NCBI GenBank assembly: GCA_032718475.1
Contig: JAUCBJ010003638.1
Span: 1-35,632, forward strand
DNA length: 35,632 nt
From: Nemertoderma westbladi
Taxonomy: Eukaryota; Animalia; Xenacoelomorpha
Reading direction: 5' to 3'
The position numbers were made by a program, and so were the translations under genes. The notes beneath the pieces were generated by a model. That model had not been told where the DNA came from. It searched no databases and was given only the letters and a program-made list of their open reading frames with translations. This document shows positions 20,631 to 34,600 of this stretch, in pieces. Positions within the stretch are counted from its first letter, which is position 1. Each line of letters opens with the position of its first letter.

Positions 20631-22212
20631 ATGACACGAGAGCCTCAACCTTACCCTACTCAAGCGGTAGCGCCAGTTGTGAGGATATCTAATTTCCCCA
20701 TCAGCATATCAACTCGTGCGGATACAAAATACGAGATCCCTACAGTGGAACATCCGGAGATTATAACGAACCTGGATTTCCTCCCATCAGTAATGTTTAG
20801 TGATATGTTAGAGGCTTCGGAGTTGCGGAGAGTAACAGTACAGAAGATTGTACGCAACGTGCCTCCACATATTACTGACTTTAAGGAAGTTGATCGAGCG
20901 GGAGTGGATATCGCATTTGTGTCTTGAGAGGATTCTTGACGAGGACAATCCGTTTATGGATCGGAGTCGGCATGTTTGAGACTGATACCGATATTGCGAC
21001 CAACTGAATGGGGGAAACCCATCAGTTTTGAAGACAAGAAGGTTTTCGGAAAGATTTGGCAACCCTCGGAGGAGTTACTCGATGAGTGGGATGCGACGAG
21101 TCGATCTTTGCGCGAGAACGGATATATGTTTTACGAGAATGAGGGTGGAAGCCATCAACAGAGCCTCACCTCGAAAACCATTCATATTCGAGCGCCAGAT
21201 GGAGTGTTACACGTCTTCAGCCATGCCGATGCCGGAGGAGACAACTCGACGGCACGCCATGATAACGAGGACGATTAATTCTTTGGATCTAGCTTGTAAC
21301 ATAGAAGCTAGGATGCTAACAAAGGCAGTGTGCGACGTCATGTTAGATAAGAGCATTGTGAAGATCGGATCTGGAGTGCGGGATGATCTCATCAGCGACT
21401 TTGCAGGGATGCCCAAGGAAGAAGACAGATTGCCTACGGTGTACATGGACACTAGACCCCTTTTGCTCTGGGCGATAGAGCAAGGATACTTCAGAGAATA
21501 TAATACCCTAAAAACTGGAACTGGATATATCTCATATTTGATGTTTAGTTGGAATTATAAGGAGAGCAAGAGGAACAAAAATATGGATGTATATGGAGAA
21601 GGTGATACGCCTAACATCAATGAGTTCGAATCACAGTTGAAGTGGAGAGGATGCGTATACTGGGCAATTACCTCACCTCTGCGGATAATCTTACAATATT
21701 ATTTGGCTATAAAGTCATCGTTTAATGTGTGTTTCATCGCCGATATAGTATCTAGGACTCTAAAGCGACACCCGCTATGTCTTGGAGAGGGACATACAGT
21801 TTATGAAGGAGGGAGGATGCATACCGATGTGTTTCGTCGATTCCTTCACCCATTCTACAACACCGACGGTCACTGTGATGCTTTTACGTGTGCGAGATTC
21901 AGTGTCTTTCACGAAGTTTATCGCATCCACGCAGGAAGTCTCGTTGACAGACCGTCGATGTTAACATTAGTACCCTATGAAGGGGAACGCCACGCGGAGA
22001 TTACAGACCCGGAAGAATCATAGAAGTCGGGCGCGCCTACCATTCATCACCCCGATGGCGATTCGACCGAGTCCATGATAATCAATGAGCTGTTGCGGCA
22101 AATTATCGCAATAGAGGGGAATCTTCCGAGGAAGACACAAACCAAGATTCGTCAACTCAAGAGAAGCGACGCTATGGTATGTGTAACACACACACACACA
22201 CGTGTCTTATGA
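20631..22212 (+). pseudogene. Decayed intronless DEDDy-type (WRN/EXD-like) 3'-5' exonuclease-like frame
   Basis: ORFs 20631..20927 and 20976..21278 share a frame (two TGA between them), then shift to 21028..22023, which stays open past its TAG to 22212. Ordered motifs YMFYENEG, TIHIRAPDGVLHVF, VMLDKSIVKIGSGVRDDL, YMDTRPL and W...PL...QYYLA resemble Exo I, II and III of this family. Confidence 0.55.
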
Positions 22213-22621
22213 TTCTGTTTTCTGTTCTACTGATATTATACCCTTTTGACTGTCTTTTCTGTTGGCAGTAATGTTTTACGCTAGTGTTTGGCTGACTCAC
22301 TGGCTCGTATTATACCCATATAAATCACACCGCGGCAAGTCTACAGTAGTTTAGGTCCATTTGCGGTAGTTAGGATTCGCTACGCGGGGATTGTTTTCTC
22401 GTGAGTTTGGTCTGTTTCTGTAGACTGTACATATGCCTCACCGGTTAGGGACTGGTCACCCTGATTATCAAGTTAGCCCGGGAAATTGATTCGCCCAAGT
22501 TTAATGGAAGACATCAGGCAACGATCTCGCCAGTAGTAGTTTGTGTACTTTGGTATCTATTATTTAGGCCCGATTGTTGGGATTTTACAGTAGATATTGT
22601 ACAACAGTTACTGGACTTTAC

Positions 22622-25600
22622 AGTAGGGGTAGCAGAGAGGAGTTGGTACACATAGAGGGTGTAGGGATACCAGAGAGGAGTCGGTACACATAGAGATTGT
22701 AGGGATAGAAGAGTGGAGTTGGGACATAGAGGGTGTAGGGATAGCAGAGAGGAGTTGGTACACATAGAGGGTGTAGGGATACCAGAGAGGAGTCGGTACA
22801 CATAGAGATTGTAGGGATAGCAGAGAGGACTTGGTACACATAGAGGGTGAAGGGATAGCATAGTGGAGTGGGACATAGAGAGTGTAGGGATATCAGAGAG
22901 GAGTTGGTACATAGAGATTGTAGGGATAGAAGAATGGAGTTGGGACATAGAGAGTGACTACGGGATACCAGAGAGGAGTTGGCACATAGAGATTGTAGGG
23001 ATAGAAGAGTGAAGTTGGGACATAGAGAGTGACTACGGGATCCCAGAGAGGAGTTAGTACACATAGAGGGTGTAAGGATAGCAGAGAGGAGTTGGTACAC
23101 ATAGCGGGTGTAGGGATAGCAGAGAGGAGTTGGGACATAGAGGGTGTAGGGATAGCAGAGAGGAGTTGGTCCATAGAGAGTGTAGGGATAGCAGAGATGG
23201 AGTTGGGACATAGAGAGTGACTACGGGATACCAGAGAGGAGTTGGCACATAGAGATTGTAGGGATAGAAGAGTGAAGTTGGGACATAGAGAGTGACTACG
23301 GGATACCAGAGAGGAGTTGGGTCATAGAGGGTGTGGGGATAGCAGAGATGAGTTGGTACACATAGAGGGTGTAGGGATAGCAGAGAGGAGTTGGGACACA
23401 TAGCGGGTGTAGGGATAGCAGAGAGGAGTTGGGACATAGAGGGTGTAGGGATAACAGAGATGAGTTGGGACACATAGAGGGTGTAGGGATAGCAGAGAGG
23501 AGTTGGTACATAGAGGGTGTAAGGATAGCAGAGAGGAGTTGGTACACATAGCGGGTGTAGGGATAGCAGAGAGGAGTTGGGACATAGAGGGTGTAGGGAT
23601 ACCAGAGAGGAGTCGGGACATAGAGGGTGTAGGGATACCAGAGAGGAGTTGGGACATAGAGGGTGTAGGGATAGCAGAGAGGAGTTGGGACATAGAGGGT
23701 GTAGGGATAGCAGAGAGGAGTTGGGTACATAGAGGGTGTAGGGATACCAGAGAGGAGTTGGTACACATAGATGGTGTAGGGATAGCAGAGAGGAGTTGGT
23801 ACACATAGCGGGTGTAGGGATAGCAGAGAGGAGTTGGGACATAGAGGGTGTAGGGATAGCAGAGAGGAGTTGGTACATAGAGGGTGTAGGGATAGCAGAG
23901 AGGAGTTGGGACATAGAGGGTGTAGGGATACCAGAGAGGAGTTGGGACATATAGAGGGTGTAGGGATAGCAGAGAGGAGTTGGTACACATAGCGGGTGTA
24001 GGGATAGCAGAGAGGAGTTGGGACATAGAGGGTGTAGGGATACCAGAGAGGAGTTGGGACATAGAGGGTGTAGGGATAGCAGAGAGGAGTTGGGACATAG
24101 AGGGTGTAGGGATAGCAGAGAGGAGTTGGTACACATAGAGGGTGTAGGGATACCAGAGAGGAGTTGGGACATAGAGGGTGTAGGGATAGCAGAGAGGAGT
24201 TGGGACATAGAGGGTGTAGGGATAGCAGAGAGGAGTTGGGACATAGAGGGTGTAGGGATAGCAGAGAGGAGTTGGTACACGTAGATGGTGTAGGGATAGC
24301 AGAGAGGAGTTGGGACATAGAGGGTGTAGGGATAGCAGAGAGGAGTTGGTACACGTAGATGGTGTAGGGATAGCAGAGAGGAGTTGGGACATAGAGGGTG
24401 TAGGGATAGCAGAGAGGAGTTGGTACACTAGATGGTGTAGGGATAGCAGAGAGGAGTTGGGACATAGAGGGTGTAGGGATAGCAGAGAGGAGTTGGTACA
24501 CGTAGATGGTGTAGGGATAGCAGAGAGGAGTTGGGACATAGAGGGTGTAGGGATAGCAGAGAGGAGTTGGTACACATAGCGGGTGTAGGGATAGCAGAGA
24601 GGAGTTGGGACATAGAGGGTGTAGGGATAGCAGAGAGGAGTTGGTACACATAGCGGGTGTAGGGATAGCAGAGAGGAGTTGGTACACGTAGATGGTGTAG
24701 GGATACCAGAGAGGAGTTGGGACATAGAGGGTGTAGGGATAGCAGAGAGGAGTTGGTACATAGAGGGTGTAGGGATAGCAGAGAGGAGTTGGGTACATAG
24801 AGGGTGTAGGGATAGCAGAGAGGAGTTGGGACATAGAGGGTGTAGGGATAGCAGAGAGGAGTTGGGTCATAGAGGGTGTAGGGATAGCAGAGAGGAGTTG
24901 GTACATAGAGGGTGTAGGGATAGCAGAGAGGAGTTGGGACATAGAGGGTGTAGGGATAGCAGAGAGGAGTTGGTACATAGAGGGTGTAGGGATAGCAGAG
25001 AGGAGTTGGTACACATAGCGGGTGTAGGGATAGCAGAGAGGTGTTGGGTCATAGAGGGTGTAGGGATAGCAGAGAGGAGTTGGGACATGGAGGGTGTAGG
25101 GATAGCAGAGAGGAGTTGGGACATAGAGGGTGTAGGGATACCAGAGAGGAGTTGGGACATAGAGGGTGTAGGGATAGCAGAGAGGAGTTGGTACACATAG
25201 CGGGTGTAGGGATAGCAGAGAGGAGTTGGGTCATAGAGGGTGTAGGGATAGCAGAGAGGAGTTGGGACATAGAGGGTGTAGGGATAGCAGAGAGGAGTTG
25301 GTACACGTAGATGGTGTAGGGATACCAGAGAGGAGTTGGGACATAGAGGGTGTAGGGATAGCAGAGAGGAGTTGGTACACATAGAGGGTGTAGGGATAGC
25401 AGAGAGGAGTTGGGTCATAGAGGGTGTAGGGATAGCAGAGAGGAGTTGGGACATAGAGGGTGTAGGGATAGCAGAGAGGAGTTGGTACACGTAGATGGTG
25501 TAGGGATACCAGAGAGGAGTTGGGACATAGAGGGTGTAGGGATAGCAGAGAGGAGTTGGGTCATAGAGGGTGTAAGGATAGCAGAGAGGAGTTGGTACAC

Positions 25601-28600
25601 ATAGCGGGTGTAGGGATAGCAGAGAGGAGTTGGTACATAGAGGGTGTAGGGATAGCAGAGAGGAGTTGGGACATAGAGGGTGTAGGGATAGCAGAGAGGA
25701 GTTGGGACATAGCGGGTGTAGGGATAGCAGAGAGGAGTTGGGACATAGAGGGTGTAGGGATAGCAGAGAGGAGTTGGGACATAGCGGGTGTAGGGATAGC
25801 AGAGAGGAGTTGGTACATAGAGGGTGTAGGGATAGCAGAGAGGAGTTGGGACATAGAGGGTGTAGGGATAGCAGAGAGGAGTTGGGACATAGAGGGTGTA
25901 GGGATAGCAGAGAGGAGTTGGTACACGTAGATGGTGTAGGGATACCAGAGAGGAGTTGGAACATAGAGGGTGTAGGATAGCAGTAGCAGAGAGGAGTTGG
26001 GACACGTAGAGGGTGTAGGGATACCAGAGAGGAGTTGGGACATAGAGGGTGTAGGGATAGCAGAGAGGAGTTGGGACATAGAGGGTGTAGGGATAGCAGA
26101 GAGGAGTTGGGACATAGAGGGTGTAGGGATAGCAGAGAGGAGTTGGTACACGTAGATGGTGTAGGGATACCAGAGAGGAGTTGGGACATAGAGGGTGTAG
26201 GGATAGCAGTAGCAGAGAGGAGTTGGGACACGTAGATGGTGTAGGGATACCAGAGAGGAGTTGGGACATAGAGGGTGTAGGGATAGCAGAGAGGAGTTGG
26301 GACATAGAGGGTGTAGGGATAGCAGAGAGGAGTTGGTACACATAGCGGGTGTAGGGATAGCAGAGAGGAGTTGGTACACGTAGATGGTGTAGGGATACCA
26401 GAGAGGAGTTGGGACATAGAGGGTGTAGGGATAGCAGAGAGGAGTTGGTACATAGAGGGTGTAGGGATAGCAGAGAGGAGTTGGTACACATAGCGGGTGT
26501 AGGGATAGCAGAGAGGAGTTGGTACACATAGCGGGTGTAGGGATAGCAGAGAGGAGTTGGGTCATAGAGGGTGTAGGGATAGCAGAGAGGAGTTGGGACA
26601 TGGAGGGTGTAAGGATAGCAGAGAGGAGTTGGTACACATAGCGGGTGTAGGGATAGCAGAGAGGAGTTGGTACACATAGCGGGTGTAGGGATAGCAGAGA
26701 GGAGTTGGGTCATAGAGGGTGTAGGAATAGCAGAGAGGAGTTGGTACACGTAGATGGTGTAGGGATAGCAGAGAGGAGTTGGGACATAGAGGGTGTAGGG
26801 ATAGCAGAGAGGAGTTGGGTCATAGAGGGTGTAAGGATAGCAGAGAGGAGTTGGTACACGTAGATGGTGTAGGGATAGCAGAGAGGAGTTGGGACATAGA
26901 GGGTGTAGGGATAGCAGAGAGGAGTTGGGTCATAGAGGGTGTAAGGATAGCAGAGAGGAGTTGGTACACATAGCGGGTGTATCGATAGCAGAGAGGAGTT
27001 GGTACACGTAGATGGTGTAGGGATAGCAGAGAGGAGTTGGGACATAGAGGGTGTAGGGATAGCAGAGAGGAGTTGGGTCATAGAGGGTGTAAGGATAGCA
27101 GAGAGGAGTTGGTACACGTAAATGGTGTAGGGATAGCAGAGAGGAGTTGGGACATAGAGGGTGTAGGGATAGCAGAGAGGAGTTGGGACATAGAGGGTGT
27201 AGGGATAGCAGAGAGGAGTTGGGACATAGAGGGTGTAGGGATAGCAGAGAGGAGTTGGGTCATAGAGGGTGTAAGGATAACAGAGAGGAGTTGGTACACG
27301 TAGATGGTGTAGGGATAGCAGAGAGGAGTTGGGACATAGAGGGTGTAGGGATAGCAGAGAGGAGTTGGGTCATAGAGGGTGTAAGGATAACAGAGAGGAG
27401 TTGGTACACGTAGTTGGTGTAGGGATAGCAGAGAGGAGTTGGGACATAGAGGGTGTAGGGATAGCAGAGAGGAGTTGGGTCATAGAGGGTGTAAGGATAG
27501 CAGAGAGGAGTTGGTACACATAGCGGGTGTATCGATAGCAGAGAGGAGTTGGTACACGTAGATGGTGTAGGGATAGCAGAGAGGAGTTGGGACATAGAGG
27601 GTGTAGGGATAGCAGAGAGGAGTTGGGTCATAGAGGGTGTAAGGATAGCAGAGAGGAGTTGGTACACGTAAATGGTGTAGGGATAGCAGAGAGGAGTTGG
27701 GACATAGAGGGTGTAGGGATAGCAGAGAGGAGTTGGGTCATAGAGGGTGTAGGGATAGCAGAGAGGAGTTGGTACACATAGGGGGTATAAGGATAGCAGA
27801 GAGGAGTTGGGTCATAGAGGGTGTAGGGATAGCAGAGAGGAGTTGGTACACATAGGGGGTATAAGGATAGCAGAGAGGAGTTGGGTCATAGAGGGTGTAG
27901 GGATAGCAGAGAGGAGTTGGTACACATAGGGGGTATAAGGATAGCAGAGAGGAGTTGGGTCATAGAGGGTGTAAGGATAACAGAGAGGAGTTGGTACACG
28001 TAGATGGTGTAGGGATAGCAGAGAGGAGTTGGGACATAGAGGGTGTAGGGATAGCAGTGAGGAGTTGGGTCATAGAGGGTGTAAGGATAACAGAGAGGAG
28101 TTGGTACACGTAGTTGGTGTAGGGATAGCAGAGAGGAGTTGGGACATAGAGGGTGTAGGGATAGCAGAGAGGAGTTGGGTCATAGAGGGTGTAAGGATAG
28201 CAGAGAGGAGTTGGTACACATAGCGGGTGTAGGGATGGCAGAGAGGAGTTGGGACATAGAGGGTGTAGGGATAGCAGAGAGGAGTTGGGACATAGAGGGT
28301 GTAAGGATAGCAGAGAGGAGTTGGGTCATAGAGGGTGTAAGGATAGCAGAGAGGAGTTGGTACACGTAGATGGTGTAGGGATAGCAGAGAGGAGTTGGGA
28401 CATAGAGGGTGTAGGGATAGCAGAGAGGAGTTGGGTCATAGAGGGTGTAAGGATAGCAGAGAGGAGTTGGTACACGTAGATGGTGTAGGGATAGCAGAGA
28501 GGAGTTGGGACATAGAGGGTGTAGGGATAGCAGAGAGGAGTTGGGTCATAGAGGGTGTAAGGATAACAGAGATGAGTTGGTACACGTAGATGGTGTAGGG

Positions 28601-31600
28601 ATAGCAGAGAGGAGTTGGGACATAGAGGGTGTAGGGATAGCAGAGAGGAGTTGGGTCATAGTGGGTGTAAGGATAACAGAGAGGAGTTGGTACACGTAGA
28701 TGGTGTAGGGATAGCAGAGAGGAGTTGGGACATAGAGGGTGTAGGGATAGCAGAGAGGAGTTCGGTCATAGAGGGTGTAAGGATAGCAGAGAGGAGTTGG
28801 TACACATAGCGGGTGTATGGATAGCAGAGAGGAGTTGGGTCATAGAGGGTGTAAGGATAGCAGAGAGGAGTTGGTACACGTAGATGGTGTAGGGATAGCA
28901 GAGAGGAGTTGGGACATAGAGGGTGTAGGGATAGCAGAGAGGAGTTGGGTCATAGAGGGTGTAAGGATAGCAGAGAGGAGTTGGTACACGTAGATGGTGT
29001 AGGGATAGCAGAGAGGAGTTGGGACATAGAGGGTGTAGGGATAGCAGAGAGGAGTTGGGTCATAGAGGGTGTAAGGATAGCAGAGAGGAGTTGGTACACA
29101 TAGCGGGTGTATGGATAGCAGAGAGGAGTTGGGTCATAGAGGGTGTAGGGATAGCAGAGAGGAGTTGGGACATAGAGGGTGTAGGGATACCAGAGAGGAG
29201 TTGGTACATAGAGATTGTAGGGATAGCAGAGAGGAGTTGGTACACATAGAGATTGTAGGGATAGAAGAGAGGAGTTGGTACACACACATAGCGGGTGTAG
29301 GGATAGCAGAGAGGAGTTGGGACATAGAGGGTGTAAGGATAACAGAGAGGAGTTGGTACATAGAGATTGTAGGGATAGCAGAGAGGAGTTGGGACATAGA
29401 GGGTGTAGGGATAGCATAGTGGAGTTGGGTCATAGAGGGTGTAAGGATAGCAGAAAGGAGTTGGTACACATAGCGGGTGTATGGATAGCAGAGAGGAGTT
29501 GGGTCATAGAGGGTGTAAGGATAACAGAGAGGAGTTGGTACACATAGCGGGTGTATGGATAGCAGAGAGGAGTCGGTACACATAGAGATTGTAGGGATAG
29601 AAGAGTGGAGTTGGGACATAGAGGGTGTAGGGATACAAGAGAGGAGTTGGGACATAGAGGGTGTAGGGATACCAGAGATGAGTTGGGACATAGAGGGTGT
29701 AGGGATAGCAGAGAGGAGTTGTGATACGTAGAGGGTGTAGGGATACCAGAGAGGAGTTGGGACATAGAGGGTGTAGGGATAGCAGAGAGGAGTTGGTACA
29801 CATAGCGGGTGTAGGGATAGCAGAGAGGTGTTGGGTCATAGAGGGTGTAGGGATAGCAGAGAGGAGTTGGGACATGGAGGGTGTAGGGATAGCAGAGAGG
29901 AGTTGGTACACGTAGATGGTGTAGGGATACCAGAGAGGAGTTGGGACATAGAGGGTGTAGGGATAGCAGAGAGGAGTTGGGTCATAGAGGGTGTAAGGAT
30001 AGCAGAGAGGAGTTGGTACACATAGCGGGTGTAGGGATAGCAGAGAGGAGTTGGTACATAGAGGGTGTAGGGATAGCAGAGAGGAGTGGGGACATAGAGG
30101 GTGTAGGGATAGCAGAGAGGAGTTGGGACATAGCGGGTGTAGGGATAGCAGAGAGGAGTTGGGACATAGAGGGTGTAGGGATAGCAGAGAGGAGTTGGGA
30201 CATAGCGGGTGTAGGGATAGCAGAGAGGAGTTGGTACATAGAGGGTGTAGGGATAGCAGAGAGGAGTTGGGACATAGAGGGTGTAGGGATAGCAGAGAGG
30301 AGTTGGGACATGGAGGGTGTAGGGATAGCAGAGAGGAGTTGGTACACGTAGATGGTGTAGGGATACCAGAGAGGAGTTGGGACATAGAGGGTGTAGGGAT
30401 AGCAGTAGCAGAGAGGAGTTGGGACACGTAGATGGTGTAGGGATACCATAGAGGAGTTGGGACATAGAGGGTGTAGGGATAGCAGAGAGGAGTTGGGACA
30501 TAGAGGGTGTAGGGATAGCAGAGAGGAGTTGGGACATGGAGGGTGTAGGGATAGCAGAGGGGAGTTGGTACACGTAGATGGTGTAGGGATACCAGAGAGG
30601 AGTTGGGACATAGAGGGTGTAGGGATAGCAGTAGCAGAGAGGAGTTGGGACACGTAGATGGTGTAGGGATACCATAGAGGAGTTGGGACATAGAGGGTGT
30701 AGGGATAGCAGAGAGGAGTTGGGACATAGAGGGTGTAGGGATAGCAGAGAGGAGTTGGTACACATAGCGGGTGTAGGGATAGCAGAGAGGAGTTGGTACA
30801 CGTAGATGGTGTAGGGATACCAGAGAGGAGTTGGGACATAGAGGGTGTAGGGATAGCAGAGAGGAGTTGGTACATAGAGGGTGTAGGGATAGCAGAGAGG
30901 AGTTGGTATACATAGCGGGTGTAGGGATAGCAGAGAGGAGTTGGTACACATAGCGGGTGTAGGGATAGCAGAGAGGAGTTGGGTCATAGAGGGTGTAGGG
31001 ATAGCAGAGAGGAGTTGGGACATGGAGGGTGTAAGGATAGCAGAGAGGAGTTGGTACACATAGCGGGTGTAGGGATAGCAGAGAGGAGTTGGTACACATA
31101 GCGGGTGTAGGGATAGCAGAGAGGAGTTGGGTCATAGAGGGTGTAGGAATAGCAGAGAGGAGTTGGTACACGTAGATGGTGTAGGGATAGCAGAGAGGAG
31201 TTGGGACATAGAGGGTGTAGGGATAGCAGAGAGGAGTTGGGTCATAGAGGGTGTAAGGATAGCAGAGAGGAGTTGGTACACATAGATGGTGTAGGGATAG
31301 CAGAGAGGAGTTGGGACATAGAGGGTGTAGGGATAGCAGAGAGGAGTTGGGTCATAGAGGGTGTAAGGATAGCAGAGAGGAGTTGGTACACGTAGATGGT
31401 GTAGGGATAGCAGAGAGGAGTTGGGACATAGAGGGTGTAGGGATAGCAGAGAGGAGTTGGGTCATAGAGGGTGTAAGGATAACAGAGAGGAGTTGGTACA
31501 CGTAGATGGTGTAGGGATAGCAGAGAGGAGTTGGGACATAGAGGGTGTAGGGATAGCAGTGAGGAGTTGGGTCATAGAGGGTGTAAGGATAACAGAGAGG

Positions 31601-34600
31601 AGTTGGTACACGTAGTTGGTGTAGGGATAGCAGAGAGGAGTTGGGACATAGAGGGTGTAGGGATAGCAGAGAGGAGTTGGGTCATAGAGGGTGTAAGGAT
31701 AGCAGAGAGGAGTTGGTACACATAGCGGGTGTATGGATAGCAGAGAGGAGTTGGTACACGTAGATGGTGTAGGGATAGCAGAGAGGAGTTGGGACATAGA
31801 GGGTGTAGGGATAGCAGAGAGGAGTTGGGTCATAGAGGGTGTAAGGATAGCAGAGAGGAGTTGGTACACGTAGATGGTGTAGGGATAGCAGAGAGGAGTT
31901 GGGACATAGAGGGTGTAGGGATAGCAGAGAGGAGTTGGGTCATAGAGGGTGTAAGGATAACAGAGAGGAGTTGGTACACGTAGATGGTGTAGGGATAGCA
32001 GAGAGGAGTTGGGACATAGAGGGTGTAGGGATATCAGAGAGGAGTTGGGTCATAGAGGGTGTAAGGATAACAGAGAGGAGTTGGTACACGTAGATGGTGT
32101 AGGGATAGCAGAGAGGAGTTGGGACATAGAGGGTGTAGGGATAGCAGAGAGGAGTTGGGTCATAGAGGGTGTAGGGATAGCAGAGAGGAGTTGGTACACA
32201 TAGCGGGTGTAGGGATAGCAGAGAGGAGTTGGGTCATAGAGGGTGTAGGGATAGCAGAGAGGAGTTGGTACACATAGATGGGTGTAGGGATAGCAGAGAG
32301 GAGTTGGGACATAGAGGGTGTAGGGATAGCAGAGAGGAGTTGGGTCATAGAGGGTGTAGAGGATAGCAGAGAGGAGTTGGTACACGTAGATGGTGTAGGG
32401 ATAGCAGAGAGGAGTTGGGACATAGAGGGTGTAGGGATAGCAGAGAGGAGTTGGGTCATAGAGGGTGTAAGGATAGCAGAGAGGAGTTGGTACACATAGC
32501 GGGTGTAGGGATAGCAGAGAGGAGTTGGGACATAGAGGGTGTAGGGATAGCAGAGAGGAGTTGGGACATAGAGGGTGTAGGGATACCAGAGAGGAGTTGG
32601 TACATAGAGGGTGTAGGGATAGCAGAGAGGAGTTGGTACACATAGAGGGTGTAGGGATAGCAGAGAGGAGTTGGTACACATAGCGGGTGTAGGGATAGCA
32701 GAGAGGAGTTGGGACATAGAGGGTGTAAGGATAGCAGAGAGGAGTTGGTACACTAGAGGGTGTAGGGATAGCAGAGAGGAGTTGGGACATAGAGGGTGTA
32801 GGGATAGCAGAGATGGAGTTGGGTCATAGAGGGTGTAAGGATAGCAGAGAGGAGTTGGTACACGTAGAGGGTGTAGGGATAGCAGAGAGGAGTTGGGACA
32901 TAGAGGGTGTAGGGATACCAGAGAGGAGTTGGTACACATAGAGGGTGTAGGATAGCAGAGAGGAGTTGGTACACTAGAGGGTGTAGGGATAGCAGAGATG
33001 GAGTTGGGACATAGAGGGTGTAGGGATACCAGAGAGGAGTTGGGACATAGAGGGTGTAGGGATACCAGAGAGGAGTTGGGACATAGAGGGTGTAGGGATA
33101 GCAGAGAGGAGTTGGGACATAGAGGGTGTAGGGATACCAGAGAGGAGTTGGGACATAGAGGGTGTAGGGATAGCAGAGAGGAGTTGGTACACATTGTGGG
33201 TGTAGGGATAGCAGAGAGGAGTTGGTACACATTGTGGGTGTAGGGATAGCAGAGAGGAGTTGGGACATAGAGGGTGTAGGGATAGCAGAGAGGAGTTGGT
33301 ACACATAGAGGGTGTAGGGATAGCAGAGAGGAGTTGGGACATAGAGGGTGTAGGGATACCAGAGAGGAGTTGGGACATAGAGGGTGTAGGGATAGCAGAG
33401 AGGAGTTGTGACACGTAGAGGGTGTAGGGATACCAGAGATGAGTTGGGACATAGAGGGTGTAGGGATACCAGAGAGGAGTTGGTACACATAGAGGGTGTA
33501 GGGATAGCAGAGAGGAGTTGGGACATAGAAAGGGCGTAGGGATACCAGAGATGAGTTGGGACATAGAGGGTGTAGGGATACCAGAGATGAGTTGGGACAT
33601 AGAGGGTGTAGGGATACCAGAGAGGAGTTGGGACATAGAAAGGGCGTAGGGATAGCAGAGAGGAGTTGGTACACATTGTGGGTGTAGGGATAGCAGAGAG
33701 GAGTTGGTACACATTGTGGGTGTAGGGATAGCAGAGAGGAGTTGGGACATAGAGGGTGTAGGGATAGCAGAGAGGAGTTGGTACACATTGTGGGTGTAGG
33801 GATAGCAGAGAGGAGTTGGGACATAGAGGGTGTAGGGATACCAGAGATGAGTTGGGACATAGAGGGTGTAGGGATAGCAGAGAGGAGTTGTGACACGTAG
33901 AGGGTGTAGGGATACCAGAGATGAGTTGGGACATAGAGGGTGTAGGGATACCAGAGAGGAGTTGGTACACATAGAGGGTGTAGGGATAGCAGAGAGGAGT
34001 TGGGACATAGAAAGGGCGTAGGGATACCAGAGATGAGTTGGGACATAGAGGGTGTAGGGATACCAGAGATGAGTTGGGACATAGAGGGTGTAGGGATACC
34101 AGAGAGGAGTTGGGACATAGAAAGGGCGTAGGGATAGCAGAGAGGAGTTGGTACACATTGTGGGTGTAGGGATAGCAGAGAGGAGTTGGTACACATTGTG
34201 GGTGTAGGGATAGCAGAGAGGAGTTGGTACACATAGAGGGTGTAGGGATAGCAGAGAGGAGTTGGGTACATAGAGGGTGTAGGGATAGCAGAGAGGAGTT
34301 GGTACACATTGTGGGTGTAGGGATAGCAGAGAGGAGTTGGGACATAGAGGGTGTAGGGATACCAGAGATGAGTTGGGACATAGAGGGTGTAGGGATAGCA
34401 GAGAGGAGTTGTGACACGTAGAGGGTGTAGGGATACCAGAGATGAGTTGGGACATAGAGGGTGTAGGGATACCAGAGAGGAGTTGGTACACATAGAGGGT
34501 GTAGGGATAGCAGAGAGGAGTTGGGACATAGAAAGGGCGTAGGGATACCAGAGATGAGTTGGGACATAGAGGGTGTAGGGATACCAGAGATGAGTTGGGA

